Shown: positions 17,887 to 28,180 of the stretch, piece by piece
How the letters are laid out: each line of letters starts with the position of its first letter
How positions within the stretch are numbered: position 1 is the stretch's first letter
Assembly (NCBI GenBank): GCA_029941235.1
Contig: JAPYQM010000009.1
Location: 23,910-58,396, forward strand
Direction of reading: 5' to 3'
DNA length: 34,487 nucleotides
From: Myxococcota bacterium
GTDB lineage: Bacteria; Myxococcota_A; UBA9160; UBA4427
Made by a program: the position numbers and the translations under genes
The notes under the pieces: generated by a model
Seen by the model: the letters and a program-made list of their open reading frames with translations, nothing else
Databases searched by the model: none
What the model was told of the DNA's origin: nothing

Positions 17887-17986
17887 GGGTCCATTCTAGC
17901 CGTCCGCCCCGGACGGCGCCCGATTCACAGCCGAGTGCTTCGGGGTGGACCGGGAACATTGCTATCACGAGGAGTCAATCATATCT

Positions 17987-18952
17987 ATGTCGGTTCTGGT
18001 TACAGGCTCGGTCGCCATCGACCACATCATGGTCTTTGAAGACCTGTTCAAGAAACACATTCTGCCGGATCAGATCCACCGTTTGAATGTGGCCTTCCTC
18101 GTTCCAAGCCTTGAAAAACGGTGGGGAGGCACCGGCGCCAATATCGCATTCAACCTCCGGCTGCTGGGAGACGATCCTCTGCTTCTGGCCACAGTGGGAA
18201 GTGATCTGGGCGCGTATGCGGAATGGCTCGATGATCACGGGGTGCGGCGGGATTATCTTCGCGTTCTGGAGGATGCTTTTACCGCCCAGTGCTTCATCAC
18301 CACCGACACCGACAGCAACCAACTGATCGTCTTTCATCCCGGTGCCATGGAACGCGCCCACGAGGCCCGACTGGACGACGTTCGCGAGGAAATCAGCATC
18401 GGGATCGTGTCGCCCAACGGCAAGCAGGCGATGATCGAGTATGCGACCGAACTCAAAGCTCGGCAGATTCCCTGTGTGGTCGATCCTGGTCAGCAATTGC
18501 CGACCTTTGAGGGCGACGAACTGCTTGCGCTCATCGAGGGGGCTTCGATTCTGGTCGTCAACGACTACGAGTGGCTGCTCACCCAGGAGAAGACGGGGAT
18601 GGACGAAGGGGCTATTGCCGACCGGGTTGGCGCCTTGGTGGTGACCCAAGGCGCCAAGGGTTCCATAGTGCGGCGCGGAGCCCGTGCGGTCGGTTTTGAA
18701 ATCGAATCCGATCGGAGTGAGATTGCCTGCGTGAAGGCCGAACGGGTGACGGACCCGACCGGCTGCGGAGACGCCTATCGATCGGGACTCCTCTATGCGC
18801 TTTCCCATGGACTTTCCCTGGAGACCGGGACTCGGCTGGGCAGTCTGATGGGCGCGCTCAAGGTGGCCGGCGCGGGGCCTCAATCCATCGCTCTTGACCG
18901 CGATGGCATCGCGGCGCGCTATGAATCCGAATTCGGCGAAAAACTCGCATGA
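17987..18952 (+). CDS. PfkB family carbohydrate/nucleoside kinase (adenosine kinase-like)
   Basis: GSVAIDHIM, WGGTGANIA, DPGQQ, NDYE, DPTGCGDAYRSG PfkB signature; GAGGAG upstream. Confidence 0.9.
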   Translation: MSVLVTGSVAIDHIMVFEDLFKKHILPDQIHRLNVAFLVPSLEKRWGGTGANIAFNLRLLGDDPLLLATVGSDLGAYAEWLDDHGVRRDYLRVLEDAFTAQCFITTDTDSNQLIVFHPGAMERAHEARLDDVREEISIGIVSPNGKQAMIEYATELKARQIPCVVDPGQQLPTFEGDELLALIEGASILVVNDYEWLLTQEKTGMDEGAIADRVGALVVTQGAKGSIVRRGARAVGFEIESDRSEIACVKAERVTDPTGCGDAYRSGLLYALSHGLSLETGTRLGSLMGALKVAGAGPQSIALDRDGIAARYESEFGEKLA

Positions 18953-20211
18953 AGCAAGACCATCGTCACCATCTCCCGCGCCGTGACCTTCTCTGGTTCG
19001 GGTTTGCGTTGGCGCTTCCGGTTCCTTGGGCGATGGCGGAAGCCTGGGGTGGGCTGGGCATTGCGGCAGAGTGGGTGGCCGCCATGGCCGGGCTCTCGAT
19101 TCTGGGCGCTGCCTTCATGTTGTCCTGGGCGTGCGAGTTGGCGGAACGAGAAATCCCTCAAGCCATGGCCCTGCTCTTGTTGGCCCTGATGGGCGTTTTG
19201 CCCGAGTACGCGGTGGATCTTCACTTCGCCTGGGTGGCCGGGAAGGATCCGACCTACGCGGGCTACGCGGTGGCCAATATGACGGGCGCCAACCGGCTCT
19301 TGATCGGCTTGGGCTGGGCGATGGTGGTGTTGGTGGGCTGCAAGCGTTCGGGAACCGACGCCTTGACGGTGAGTGCGCCCCAGCAACTCGAGATCCGATA
19401 TCTCATCTGGGCGACCCTCTACTCGTTCTTGATTCCCTTGTCGGGCACAATCAACCTGTTCGACAGTTTTGTTTTGCTGGCGCTCTTCGTCAGTTGGGTT
19501 CGTGAGGCGCTGCAGGGCGACGAGGCGGAAACCGAACTCGAAGGACCGGCGTTGCTGATCGATGAGGAATTCAAGCGGACGGGTCGGCGGATCTGGTCGG
19601 TGCTGCTTTTTGTGTTCGCGGGCTTCGCGATCTTCGTTTCCGCCGAACCTTTCGCCGAGAGTCTGGTTTCGGTGGGCCGGTCTCGGGCTATCGATGAGTT
19701 CCTGTTGGTGCAGTGGGTGGCCCCTCTGGCCTCCGAGGCGCCCGAGTTCATCATCGCCCTGATCTTTGCCTGGAAACTCCGCGGGAGCGTCGGGCTCGGT
19801 GCTCTGATTTCGTCGAAGGTCAACCAGTGGACCCTCTTGGTGGGAGCAATCCCCATTGTGTACGGGCTGTCTCTGGGAGGTTTTTCGGGATTGCCCCTGG
19901 ATGCGCGACAATCCCAAGAGCTGCTGCTGACCTCGGCGCAGTCGCTCTTCGCGGTCATTCTGGTGACCGACTTCCGATTCGGGCGGCGTGAGGCCATGTT
20001 GCTCGCAATCCTCTTCGGGGTTCAGCTCTACTTCCCGAACCCGACGGTTCGCTGGACCTTTACCGGGATCTACCTGGCATTGTCGGTCTACGTGTTGGCG
20101 ATGGGATCGCCCCAGACCCGAAAGAATTTCTTTTTGCTTCTGCGCGGTAAAACAATCGAGAGCGTCGGCCGCGAACGATCGGGGGCGCGAGTCGACGCGC
20201 CGGCCCCCTAG
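18949..20211 (+). CDS. Ca2+/cation antiporter (CaCA family)
   Basis: Multi-pass hydrophobic protein with two alpha-repeats (VLPEYAVD...ANMTGAN and PLASEAPE...SSKVNQWTL); ATGA overlap with the kinase. Confidence 0.85.
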   Translation: MKQDHRHHLPRRDLLWFGFALALPVPWAMAEAWGGLGIAAEWVAAMAGLSILGAAFMLSWACELAEREIPQAMALLLLALMGVLPEYAVDLHFAWVAGKDPTYAGYAVANMTGANRLLIGLGWAMVVLVGCKRSGTDALTVSAPQQLEIRYLIWATLYSFLIPLSGTINLFDSFVLLALFVSWVREALQGDEAETELEGPALLIDEEFKRTGRRIWSVLLFVFAGFAIFVSAEPFAESLVSVGRSRAIDEFLLVQWVAPLASEAPEFIIALIFAWKLRGSVGLGALISSKVNQWTLLVGAIPIVYGLSLGGFSGLPLDARQSQELLLTSAQSLFAVILVTDFRFGRREAMLLAILFGVQLYFPNPTVRWTFTGIYLALSVYVLAMGSPQTRKNFFLLLRGKTIESVGRERSGARVDAPAP

Positions 20212-20213
20212 CC

Positions 20214-21362
20214 ATGAAGGACCTCCAGGGCGTCGACGTGCTGGTGGTGGGGGCTGGGGTGGTGGGCTTGGCGTCGGCATCGGCGCTGGCCCGGAGTGGC
20301 CGGTCGGTGCTTGTCGTGGAGCGCCACGCTGGAATCGCGCGGGAAGTGACCAGCCGCAACAGCCAGGTCATTCACGCCGGGATCTACGCTCCGCCCGAAA
20401 GCCTGAAGGCGAGCCTTTGCGTCCGTGGCCGGGAACTGCTCTACGACTGGCTTTCCGAGCGGCGCGTGGCGTGTCGAAAACTCGGCAAGCTCGTGGTTGC
20501 CGTCGAGGAAGCCGAGATGGCCGGACTCGAGACACTTCTCGCCCAGGGCAGGGCCAGCGGAGTTCCGGGCTTGGAAATACTCGACGCCCGGGCGGCGAAG
20601 CGCCGGGAACCCCGGGTCGCCGGGATCGGGGCGCTCTACTCCCCGGAGACCGGCATTCTGGATGCCTCGGGCTTTGCGCTCTCCTTGCTCGCCGACGCCC
20701 AGACCCACGGCGCGGATCTGCTGCTTCGTCACGAGGTGGTGTCGATGGGACTCCACCCGTCGGGCTGGCGCGTCGGAGTTCGGAGCCCGGGGGCCGACTC
20801 GGTGCAAACCGTTGACTGCGAGGTGGTCGTCAATGCCGCGGGCTTGGCGAGCGATGGGGTGGCGGAAATGGCCGGGCTCGATCTCGACGCTCGCTGTTAT
20901 CGCCAGCAGCCCTGTAAGGGCAGCTATTTCGCGCTGCGGCGGCCCGAGGATCTCGATCTTCAACATCTCGTCTACCCCGCCCCCCCCGCTTCTTCGGGTC
21001 TCGGGGGTGGAGGGCTGGGGATTCACGTAACGCGCGATTGGCTTGGTGAAGTCCGGCTCGGTCCCGACGCCGAGTACGTCGGCGAACACGATTTTCGGGT
21101 AGAGGCAACGAAAGCGGGTCAGTTCGCCGAGGCAGCCCGCCGCTACCTGCCGGGAATCCGTGCGGACTGGCTCGTTCCCGATTTCGCGGGTATTCGACCG
21201 AAACTCGCGGGCGCCGGGGAAGGTTTCCGGGATTTCGTGATTCGGGAGGAGTCTGAGAGCGGGCACCCCGGTCTCATCAACTGCATAGGTGTCGAGTCGC
21301 CGGGGCTCACGGCCGCGCTGGCGATCGGCGAGCGGGTGGCGTCCCAGGCGCAGGGAAATTAG
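20214..21362 (+). CDS. FAD-dependent oxidoreductase, L-2-hydroxyglutarate oxidase (LhgO)-like
   Basis: VVGAGVVG FAD motif, TSRNSQVIHAGIY, GKLVVA, NAAGL, KGSYF, LGIH, GIRPKL, GVESPGLTAA. Confidence 0.88.
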   Translation: MKDLQGVDVLVVGAGVVGLASASALARSGRSVLVVERHAGIAREVTSRNSQVIHAGIYAPPESLKASLCVRGRELLYDWLSERRVACRKLGKLVVAVEEAEMAGLETLLAQGRASGVPGLEILDARAAKRREPRVAGIGALYSPETGILDASGFALSLLADAQTHGADLLLRHEVVSMGLHPSGWRVGVRSPGADSVQTVDCEVVVNAAGLASDGVAEMAGLDLDARCYRQQPCKGSYFALRRPEDLDLQHLVYPAPPASSGLGGGGLGIHVTRDWLGEVRLGPDAEYVGEHDFRVEATKAGQFAEAARRYLPGIRADWLVPDFAGIRPKLAGAGEGFRDFVIREESESGHPGLINCIGVESPGLTAALAIGERVASQAQGN

Positions 21363-22216
21363 TCGCCGGCCACGCCTTCTCCGCGCAGGTCGAGTACCGC
21401 GCAGCCGATATTGTCTCCAGCCCGATTGGAGACATGGGCGGCCATCGCGGTTCTGCTGAGGGTTTTGGTCAAGGCCAGGGCGCGGGTTTCGGGTTCGCGG
21501 GTTTCGCTCGCCACCAGGGCGTCGGCAACTGCCTGGCTCGGGCAGGCGACTCCGATATTGGTTTCCGATAAACCATCGGTAGCGAGCAAGAGCGCACGGG
21601 TTTCACCGAGTTCGCGATAGCCCGCGACGGAGCGGTCCCGCATCCCCTTTCGACTGGCGGCTGCGTAGCCCACGAAATACCGATCCTCGCGTTCAAGGCA
21701 GGCCCAACCCAAGTCCTCGATCCCCTGGGCGGTGGCGCAAAAGATGTGGCTGTCCCCCATGGAGATCCACCCCAGAGCGGATTCTCCGGGTCGGGCCAGG
21801 GCCAGGGAGAGAGTCGTCGGTGCGGGCGCGACTCCGGTTTCGGCCGCGCGTCTTAGCACCGCTCTTCCGCAATCGTGAAGGACATCGAGGCTGCATTCCT
21901 GCCAAGTTCGAGAGTCGAACCCCAGCGCCGCGTCGCCCGTCCAATCTGCAGCAAGCGACGACGCGATGTGATCAATCACGGCTTCCGACCCGCTCGATCC
22001 GTGGTGGCCGTCGGCCACCGCGAGGAGCCAGCCGCCCTTTCCGCGTGCAAAATAGACCGCATCTTCGTTGGGCTCGGTGTGTCCGTAAGTCTTGGCCGCT
22101 CCTCCGCGCGAGAGGCTGATCGCGGCTGGCCCTTCGCCGGAGGCGGCGAGTCCCCCGATCTCGTGGTGGTGGCGACCGAGTAGCGTGGCGGAAGCCAGGG
22201 GCGTCGACGGGCTCAT
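21359..22216 (-). CDS. PP2C / PPM-family protein phosphatase domain protein
   Basis: PNED, VADGHHG, MGDS, ATDGL and GDN metal-binding motifs in the expected order. Confidence 0.8.
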   Translation of the reverse strand: MSPSTPLASATLLGRHHHEIGGLAASGEGPAAISLSRGGAAKTYGHTEPNEDAVYFARGKGGWLLAVADGHHGSSGSEAVIDHIASSLAADWTGDAALGFDSRTWQECSLDVLHDCGRAVLRRAAETGVAPAPTTLSLALARPGESALGWISMGDSHIFCATAQGIEDLGWACLEREDRYFVGYAAASRKGMRDRSVAGYRELGETRALLLATDGLSETNIGVACPSQAVADALVASETREPETRALALTKTLSRTAMAAHVSNRAGDNIGCAVLDLRGEGVAGD

Positions 22217-22608
22217 TTGGCCGGAGGCCTAGATCGGTCCGAAGGTGTGGGGGCGGAAAGGGGGTTGGTGGCAATCAGCAGGTCGTGGACAATTTTTCCG
22301 CCGATCAGGTGGGTCTGAATGATCCGTTCGAGATTCTCCGGGCTGCATTGCCGGTACCAGGTTCCCTCTGGATAGACGACCGCCACCGGTCCGTCGACGC
22401 AGACCCGCAAGCACTCGGCCTTTGAGCGGAAAATTCCACCGTCGACGTCAACGAGTTCAAGGGCCTTGAGGCGCTGCTTGAGGAATTCCCAGTTCTCTTG
22501 CTGAACCGACTCGGGAGCACATTTTCCACCAACGCACAGGAAAATGTGCCGTGAAATGCTCGATAGGTGGAGCTTGTCCGCGATTTTCTGGAGTCGTGCG
22601 TTTGCCAT
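22213..22608 (-). CDS. Thioredoxin-like [2Fe-2S] ferredoxin
   Basis: [10 protein letters not shown]...[20 protein letters not shown]...IIQTHLIGG pattern; ATGA overlap with the PP2C gene. Confidence 0.9.
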   Translation of the reverse strand: MANARLQKIADKLHLSSISRHIFLCVGGKCAPESVQQENWEFLKQRLKALELVDVDGGIFRSKAECLRVCVDGPVAVVYPEGTWYRQCSPENLERIIQTHLIGGKIVHDLLIATNPLSAPTPSDRSRPPAK

Positions 22609-22657
22609 GAGGAGCGCTTAGTATACAGAGCATCGAAATGAGGCGAGGAGTCCCCCA

Positions 22658-23356
22658 TTGACATCGTTTGTCGGCACCCCGAAGCGGGCTCAAAATCCCG
22701 GCCGGAATATCACGATCGCCGAAGAAGACGCCGAACTCGTTTTTTCGCTGTGCCACGAGTTGGGCAACATGATGGGTGCGCTTCGGCTGCATGCCCACCT
22801 GCTCGACGACGAAATGGGACCCAGGGGTATCGCGAGGACATCCGTCGATCTGGACGATCTCTCGGCTCGCTCGGCGGCACTTTTGAGCTTGGTACGGCCG
22901 CTGCTGACTCCGGATCCGCGCTCTGCCGAGATCATGCCCGTGGCCGGGCTTGTGGGAAATCTTGAGGGGCTCATGGCGGGGCACGGCGCCCGGGGCACGG
23001 CGCTTACTTTCGAGGTCGAGGAGGATATTCCGTCGATTCGGGTGGATGTGGGGATGATTCAGCGACTGATCCAGAGTTTCCTCTATTTGGCGCTGGAGTC
23101 GGCATCTCGCACGGGTTCGATCTTGCTGCGAGCCGAATCCAGAGGCGACGAGGTCGCGATCTTGATCGAGGATGACGGTCCCGAAGGCGAAGATCCGGCG
23201 GGTTTTCGCGACCAAATGCGGCGGGGACGCCCGCTGCTCTGTGCGGTGGCCGACAGCATCATGAAGAAGCAGGGGGGGCGGTTTTCCGCCGAGCGCGATG
23301 GAGCCCGAACCCGTATCAGCATCATCTTACCAGCGATTCGACTCCCAGCGCGCTAG
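22658..23356 (+). CDS. Histidine kinase-like protein (HisKA plus degenerate HATPase_c), no sensor domain
   Basis: H-box LCHELGN and G1-like IEDDGPEG are present, as is C-terminal GG...GART.I.I.LP. N box and G2 box are degenerate. The TTG start is uncertain. Confidence 0.7.
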   Translation: MTSFVGTPKRAQNPGRNITIAEEDAELVFSLCHELGNMMGALRLHAHLLDDEMGPRGIARTSVDLDDLSARSAALLSLVRPLLTPDPRSAEIMPVAGLVGNLEGLMAGHGARGTALTFEVEEDIPSIRVDVGMIQRLIQSFLYLALESASRTGSILLRAESRGDEVAILIEDDGPEGEDPAGFRDQMRRGRPLLCAVADSIMKKQGGRFSAERDGARTRISIILPAIRLPAR

Positions 23357-23384
23357 CCTGCGCGCGCCCACGGGCCCAATCCCT

Positions 23385-25193
23385 ATGTCGAATCCCAAAC
23401 CTCGAACAGATTTGCGCAATCTCGCCATCGTGGCGCATGTCGACCATGGCAAAACCACTTTGGTCGACGGTCTCTTGAAGGTGTGCGGGGCGTTCGCGGC
23501 GCACCAAGTCGTCGAGGATCGCGTGATGGATTCGGGTGATCTCGAGCGGGAGCGCGGAATCACGATTCAGTCGAAAACTACCGCGGTCGACTACAAGGGG
23601 GTTCGGATTCAGTTGGTCGACACCCCGGGGCACGCCGATTTCGGGGGTGAGGTGGAGCGCGTGCTCGGCATGGTAGATGCGGTTTTGCTTCTGGTGGATG
23701 CTGTGGAAGGCGTGATGCCGCAGACGCGTTTCGTATTGCGCAAGGCTCTGCAGCACCGGCTTCGCCCGATCCTGGTGGTCAACAAAATCGATCGTCCTGA
23801 GCAGCGCAGCGAAGAGGTTCTCGATCAGGTTTTCGATCTGCTCGTCGAACTCGAGGCCACCGATCAACAGCTCGATTTTCCGGTCGTTTACGCCTCAGCG
23901 AAGCAGGGGCATTCGACTCGGGAGTTATCCGAGCCCATGCAAGATCTGACGCCGATACTCGACACGATCCTTGAATTCGCCCCTGCTCCCAGAGTGGACG
24001 TTGGAGCGCCCCTGCAATTTCAGGCGGTCACCCTGGGCTACGACCCCTTTGTGGGTCGATTGGTGATTGGTCAGGTCAATCAGGGGAAAATGGTTCGAGG
24101 GGATCAGGTCGTACGGATTCCCGCCGAGGGCAAGCCCGAGAGTTTTCGCGTCACGAAGCTCTTCGGTACACGCGGAATCGAGCGTGTTGATCTCGAGAGC
24201 GTAGAGGCAGGAGATATCGCCATCTTGGCCGGAGTGGACTCGATCGAGGTGGGGGATACAGTTTGCCGCCCCGATGCCCTTCTCCCCCTTCCCCGAATCG
24301 CAATAGATCCTCCGACAATCAAGGTTAACTTTCTGGTGAACACCTCCCCCTTCGCGGGTCGGGAGGGGCGCTATGTGACGAGTCGGCAGATACGTGACCG
24401 TCTGGGCCGTGAAGCGCTGAGCAATATTTCTATTCTTATCGAAGATACCGAACGCCAAGATTCCTTCGAAATTTCCGGGCGAGGCGAACTGCAGATCGCG
24501 GTCTTGATAGAAACAATGCGCCGAGAGGGTTACGAGTTCGCGGTTTCGCGTCCAGAAATTATTCTTCGAAACGTCGACGGCCGGCAATGTGAACCCGTTG
24601 AAGACGTGGTGATCGATGTGCCCGAAGGGTCGGCGGGGTCGGTCATGAAAAAGTTGGCCGAACGCAAGGGGCGTATGGAATCGATGGAGCATCAGGGCGA
24701 CAGAATCCATCTCCAGTTCACGGTTCCGAGTCGCTGCCTCTTCGGATATCGCAACGAATTTCTGACTGACACGCGAGGAGAGGGGGTCCTTTACCGCGCC
24801 GTTCGCGGGTACGAACCCCATGCTGGTGATCTCGAAGGTCGAAGCGTCGGCGGCATTGTGGCGACGGCGATGGGTCAGACAACCCCGCACGCGATCTTCA
24901 AGATACAGGAACGCGCGACTCTTTTCGTTCCTCCAGGTGAGGCAGTCTACGAAGGCCAGGTCGTAGGCGAAGCGCGCCGCCCGGGAGATCTCAATGTCAA
25001 CGTCTGTCGCGCAAAAAAGCTGGACAACATGCGGGCCTCGGGGAAGGACGACAGCGTCATCATCACCCCCTACCGGAAGCTGACCATCGAGACCTCGATG
25101 GAATGGATCGAGTCGGATGAGCTCTTCGAGGTGACGCCGAAGAGCCTTCGACTCCGGAAACGCATTCTCGCTGGGAATCTGCGGAAACGCTGA
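23385..25193 (+). CDS. typA: Translational GTPase TypA/BipA
   Basis: [70 protein letters not shown]. Confidence 0.97.
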   Translation: MSNPKPRTDLRNLAIVAHVDHGKTTLVDGLLKVCGAFAAHQVVEDRVMDSGDLERERGITIQSKTTAVDYKGVRIQLVDTPGHADFGGEVERVLGMVDAVLLLVDAVEGVMPQTRFVLRKALQHRLRPILVVNKIDRPEQRSEEVLDQVFDLLVELEATDQQLDFPVVYASAKQGHSTRELSEPMQDLTPILDTILEFAPAPRVDVGAPLQFQAVTLGYDPFVGRLVIGQVNQGKMVRGDQVVRIPAEGKPESFRVTKLFGTRGIERVDLESVEAGDIAILAGVDSIEVGDTVCRPDALLPLPRIAIDPPTIKVNFLVNTSPFAGREGRYVTSRQIRDRLGREALSNISILIEDTERQDSFEISGRGELQIAVLIETMRREGYEFAVSRPEIILRNVDGRQCEPVEDVVIDVPEGSAGSVMKKLAERKGRMESMEHQGDRIHLQFTVPSRCLFGYRNEFLTDTRGEGVLYRAVRGYEPHAGDLEGRSVGGIVATAMGQTTPHAIFKIQERATLFVPPGEAVYEGQVVGEARRPGDLNVNVCRAKKLDNMRASGKDDSVIITPYRKLTIETSMEWIESDELFEVTPKSLRLRKRILAGNLRKR

Positions 25194-25220
25194 GCCCTTG
25201 AGTCGGTGCGAACGTTGGCT

Positions 25221-25832
25221 TCAAATGTCGCGTAGCGAAGCCCGGGCGAATTCGGCCTGCAGCGCCTCGTAGTCGTTGGCCACAGGGAACTGCGGAAATT
25301 CGTCGATGACATTCTGGGGCGGGCAGAAGAGAATTCCGGATTCGGCCTGATCGAGCATGGACGTGTCGTTGTAGGAGTCCCCGGTGGCGATGCAGCGGTA
25401 TTTCAATTGTTGGAACGCGCGCACCGATTGACGCTTGGGGTCGGCTTGGCGAAGTGCATAATCAGCAACCCTTCCTCGTTGGTCGATGACCAGCTTGTGG
25501 CAGAGCAATGTCGGCCAACCGAGTTGTCGCATGAAGGGCTCGGCGAATTCATAAAAGGTATCGGAGAGGATGACCACCTGGAAGCGCTCGCGTAGCCAGG
25601 AAAGGCAGGCCGTGGCGCCGTCCAAAGGCTTCATGGTCGCGATGACCTCTTGTATGTCGCGAATGCCAAGATTGTGTTCGTCTAGAATGGCCAGTCTTTG
25701 GCGCATGAGTTGGTCGTAATCAGGAATGTCGCGGGTGGTCGCCCGCAATGCCTCGATTCCGGTTCGCTCGGCCACATTGATCCAGACCTCGGGAATCAGA
25801 ACACCCTCAAGATCGAGGCAGGCAATCTCCAC
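25221..25832 (-). CDS. thrH: Bifunctional phosphoserine phosphatase / homoserine phosphotransferase (HAD)
   Basis: ACLDLEGVLIPEVW, TTRDIPDYDQLM, ILSDTFYEF, GDSYNDTSM; GTG start with GGAGG RBS. Confidence 0.93.
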   Translation of the reverse strand: MEIACLDLEGVLIPEVWINVAERTGIEALRATTRDIPDYDQLMRQRLAILDEHNLGIRDIQEVIATMKPLDGATACLSWLRERFQVVILSDTFYEFAEPFMRQLGWPTLLCHKLVIDQRGRVADYALRQADPKRQSVRAFQQLKYRCIATGDSYNDTSMLDQAESGILFCPPQNVIDEFPQFPVANDYEALQAEFARASLRDI

Positions 25833-26065
25833 GTGAACTTCCTCCAGTCTTTTTAATTTTCGCAGCATTCGCCGCGAAGCGCCTTCTGGTTCCGGCCCAC
25901 TCCGGCCCGGGCCGACGGGAACTGAATCTACCGTTCCCGGGTCCCTTTCGATAGCATGGATGCCGTGATTCGGGCCTCTTCCTCTTTGACAGCGAGATCG
26001 AGCGATTTGCGCGGACGCTCTGCAATCGGGCCCATGCCCGGGCGATCGTGGGCGAGACCGAGCGA

Positions 26066-26875
26066 ATGAGCGCTCTCGAGGCCTTCTGCCTGGGCATTGT
26101 CCAGGGATTGACCGAGTTCTTTCCCGTTTCGAGTTCCGGGCATCTGGTGATCTTTCGCTCGCTCTTTGGAATTCAAGATGAAGGCGGGCTTCTCTTCGAG
26201 ATCGTCGTGCATGTGGCGACCCTTTTGGCGATCGTAATCTATTACCGAAAACGCATCATGGACCTTGTGGGTGGCGTTTTCTCCCGACGCGCCGATGCCC
26301 TGCACTACGCGGGAATGCTCATGATCGGAACATGTCCCGCCGTGCTGGTAGGGCTGTCCGCTCGAGGTTTCATCGAACGGCAATTCCAGAACCCCGTTGC
26401 CACGGGCGCCGCGCTGCTCGTTACAGGAGCAATTCTCTGGACGACTCGGAGCGCAGTGCCCAGTCGTGGAGGAGCGGCCCGGGATCGCCCGTCAACGGCG
26501 CTGAGTTGGCGGCTGGCTCTCCTGGTGGGCTGTGGCCAGGCTTTGGCGATTTTTCCGGGAATTTCCCGCAGCGGTACCACGGTGGCGGTTGCCCTGGCGC
26601 TGGGGCTTGCACCGGCGGCGGCCGCGGAATTTTCGTTCTTGCTCGGCATCATCGCCATCGCGGGGGCAGCGGTGCTGATGCTGCCGGACCTGGCTGCAGC
26701 GAGTCCCGAAGTCCTGGCAAACCTTGTCTACGGCAGCGCCGCCGCCTTGGCCGCGGGCCTGGCGGCTATCTGGGCTTTCGTACGGATGCTCGAGGGCGGA
26801 CGTTTCTACTTTTTCGCAGCATACGTCTGGGCGGTCGGGGGCCTATTCCTGCTCTGGACTTTGGCCGGGAGCTAG
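26066..26875 (+). CDS. uppP: Undecaprenyl-diphosphate phosphatase (BacA)
   Basis: GIVQGLTEFFPVSSSGHL and PGISRSGTT motifs, AAEFSFLL; multi-pass hydrophobic. Confidence 0.95.
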   Translation: MSALEAFCLGIVQGLTEFFPVSSSGHLVIFRSLFGIQDEGGLLFEIVVHVATLLAIVIYYRKRIMDLVGGVFSRRADALHYAGMLMIGTCPAVLVGLSARGFIERQFQNPVATGAALLVTGAILWTTRSAVPSRGGAARDRPSTALSWRLALLVGCGQALAIFPGISRSGTTVAVALALGLAPAAAAEFSFLLGIIAIAGAAVLMLPDLAAASPEVLANLVYGSAAALAAGLAAIWAFVRMLEGGRFYFFAAYVWAVGGLFLLWTLAGS

Positions 26876-28083
26876 CTCCAAACGAGCGGTAGGAACTGGA
26901 TATCCCGGATGCCTGGGCTGTAGACGGGGACCTCTGCGTCGCGAATCCTGTAGTTGGGAATCCTGCGGTGCCATTCCTCCAACCCCACCCGCAATTCCAT
27001 TCTAGCCAGATGGGAACCGAGGCATCGGTGAGCCCCAGCGCCAAAGGCGATGTGGCGGTTGCGCGAGCGATCGAAACGGACTTCATCGGCCCCCTCGAAC
27101 TCGGCAGGATCTATATTCGCAGCGCCGAGCAGAAGCATCACCATCTCGTCCTTCTTGATCGGGATGTCGGCGATCTCGATATCCTGTTTGACCAAACGGG
27201 GGATGACGGCGACAGGTGTCTCCCAGCGGAGTAACTCCTCGATGGCTGCCTCCAGGGTTTCCGGGCTCTGGGCGATTTTCTCGCGGTGGTTTGAATTGGC
27301 GGCGAGATAGGCGATACAGCAACTGATAGTCGCGGTGACCGTATCTAGACCCGCCAGAATGAAGAGAAAAGAAATGTCGAGTATCTCGTTGTGGCTGAGC
27401 TTCTCGCCATCCAATTCGACATTGAGCAAGTAACCCATGAGATCGTCCCGGGAAGATTTTTTACTGTCCTTGATGAGATCCTCGAAATACGCGTAGATTC
27501 GCTTTCCGGTGGATGCTCTGATCGCCCCGACCTCCGTTTCGTCGAGGGGGTTCTTGGCTTGGACCTGAGGCCGAATGATCCCGTCTTTGAGTTCAATGAG
27601 TAGGGAGAGATCGCTGACGGGCAGTCCGAACAAGTGTAGAAAGGCCTGGCACGGCAGCGGAACCGCGTACTGCTGGCTGAAATCGCAACCGTTGTCCCCA
27701 GAAAACGAGTCGAGAAGCTGATTCGCCGAGGCGCGAAGCGCAGGCTCAAACTCGATCATTCGCTTCCGCGAGAAGCGTGGGTCGAGAATTTTCCGGTAGC
27801 GAGTTTGGGCTGGGGGGTCGATCTGCTGCGGAATCATGGGGCGGTCGGTCCCCAAGGACATCTGCTCGGCCATATCGGATGAAAAAATGGCGGGATTGCG
27901 CAGGCAGAACATCACATCCTCGTAGCGAGAGATGACCGGGACGTTGGTGCCGGACATCCGGAGCACGGGTATCTCGTCGATCATGCGGCGATAGGTGGCG
28001 TGAGGGCAGCCAGCAACTTCCGGAGAGAAAAAGTTGGGGATCTCATCTTGCGGTGAATCGGAGCAGGAATCGTCAGATACCAT
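26872..28083 (-). CDS. Cytochrome P450
   Basis: I-helix AGLDT, ExxR (ELLR), heme motif FGAGAHRCLG, DPP..TRYR. Start placed using the GGGGAG RBS (alternative 28092). Confidence 0.95.
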   Translation of the reverse strand: MVSDDSCSDSPQDEIPNFFSPEVAGCPHATYRRMIDEIPVLRMSGTNVPVISRYEDVMFCLRNPAIFSSDMAEQMSLGTDRPMIPQQIDPPAQTRYRKILDPRFSRKRMIEFEPALRASANQLLDSFSGDNGCDFSQQYAVPLPCQAFLHLFGLPVSDLSLLIELKDGIIRPQVQAKNPLDETEVGAIRASTGKRIYAYFEDLIKDSKKSSRDDLMGYLLNVELDGEKLSHNEILDISFLFILAGLDTVTATISCCIAYLAANSNHREKIAQSPETLEAAIEELLRWETPVAVIPRLVKQDIEIADIPIKKDEMVMLLLGAANIDPAEFEGADEVRFDRSRNRHIAFGAGAHRCLGSHLARMELRVGLEEWHRRIPNYRIRDAEVPVYSPGIRDIQFLPLVWS

Positions 28084-28180
28084 GGCTTTCATCTCCCCAC
28101 GGGCATAGCGAATCGATCGACCTGTGATGTTGTCCGCCCCGGAGTCTAGAGCGCAGTTCGATGGTGCGAAAGCCCGCGAT

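Noticed and set aside
25235-25250. A third GCGAA-N6-GCGAA match (GCGAAGCCCGGGCGAA)
   Set aside because: It lies within the 3' end of thrH, has a GC-rich spacer, and is not in a promoter position, so it is probably chance.
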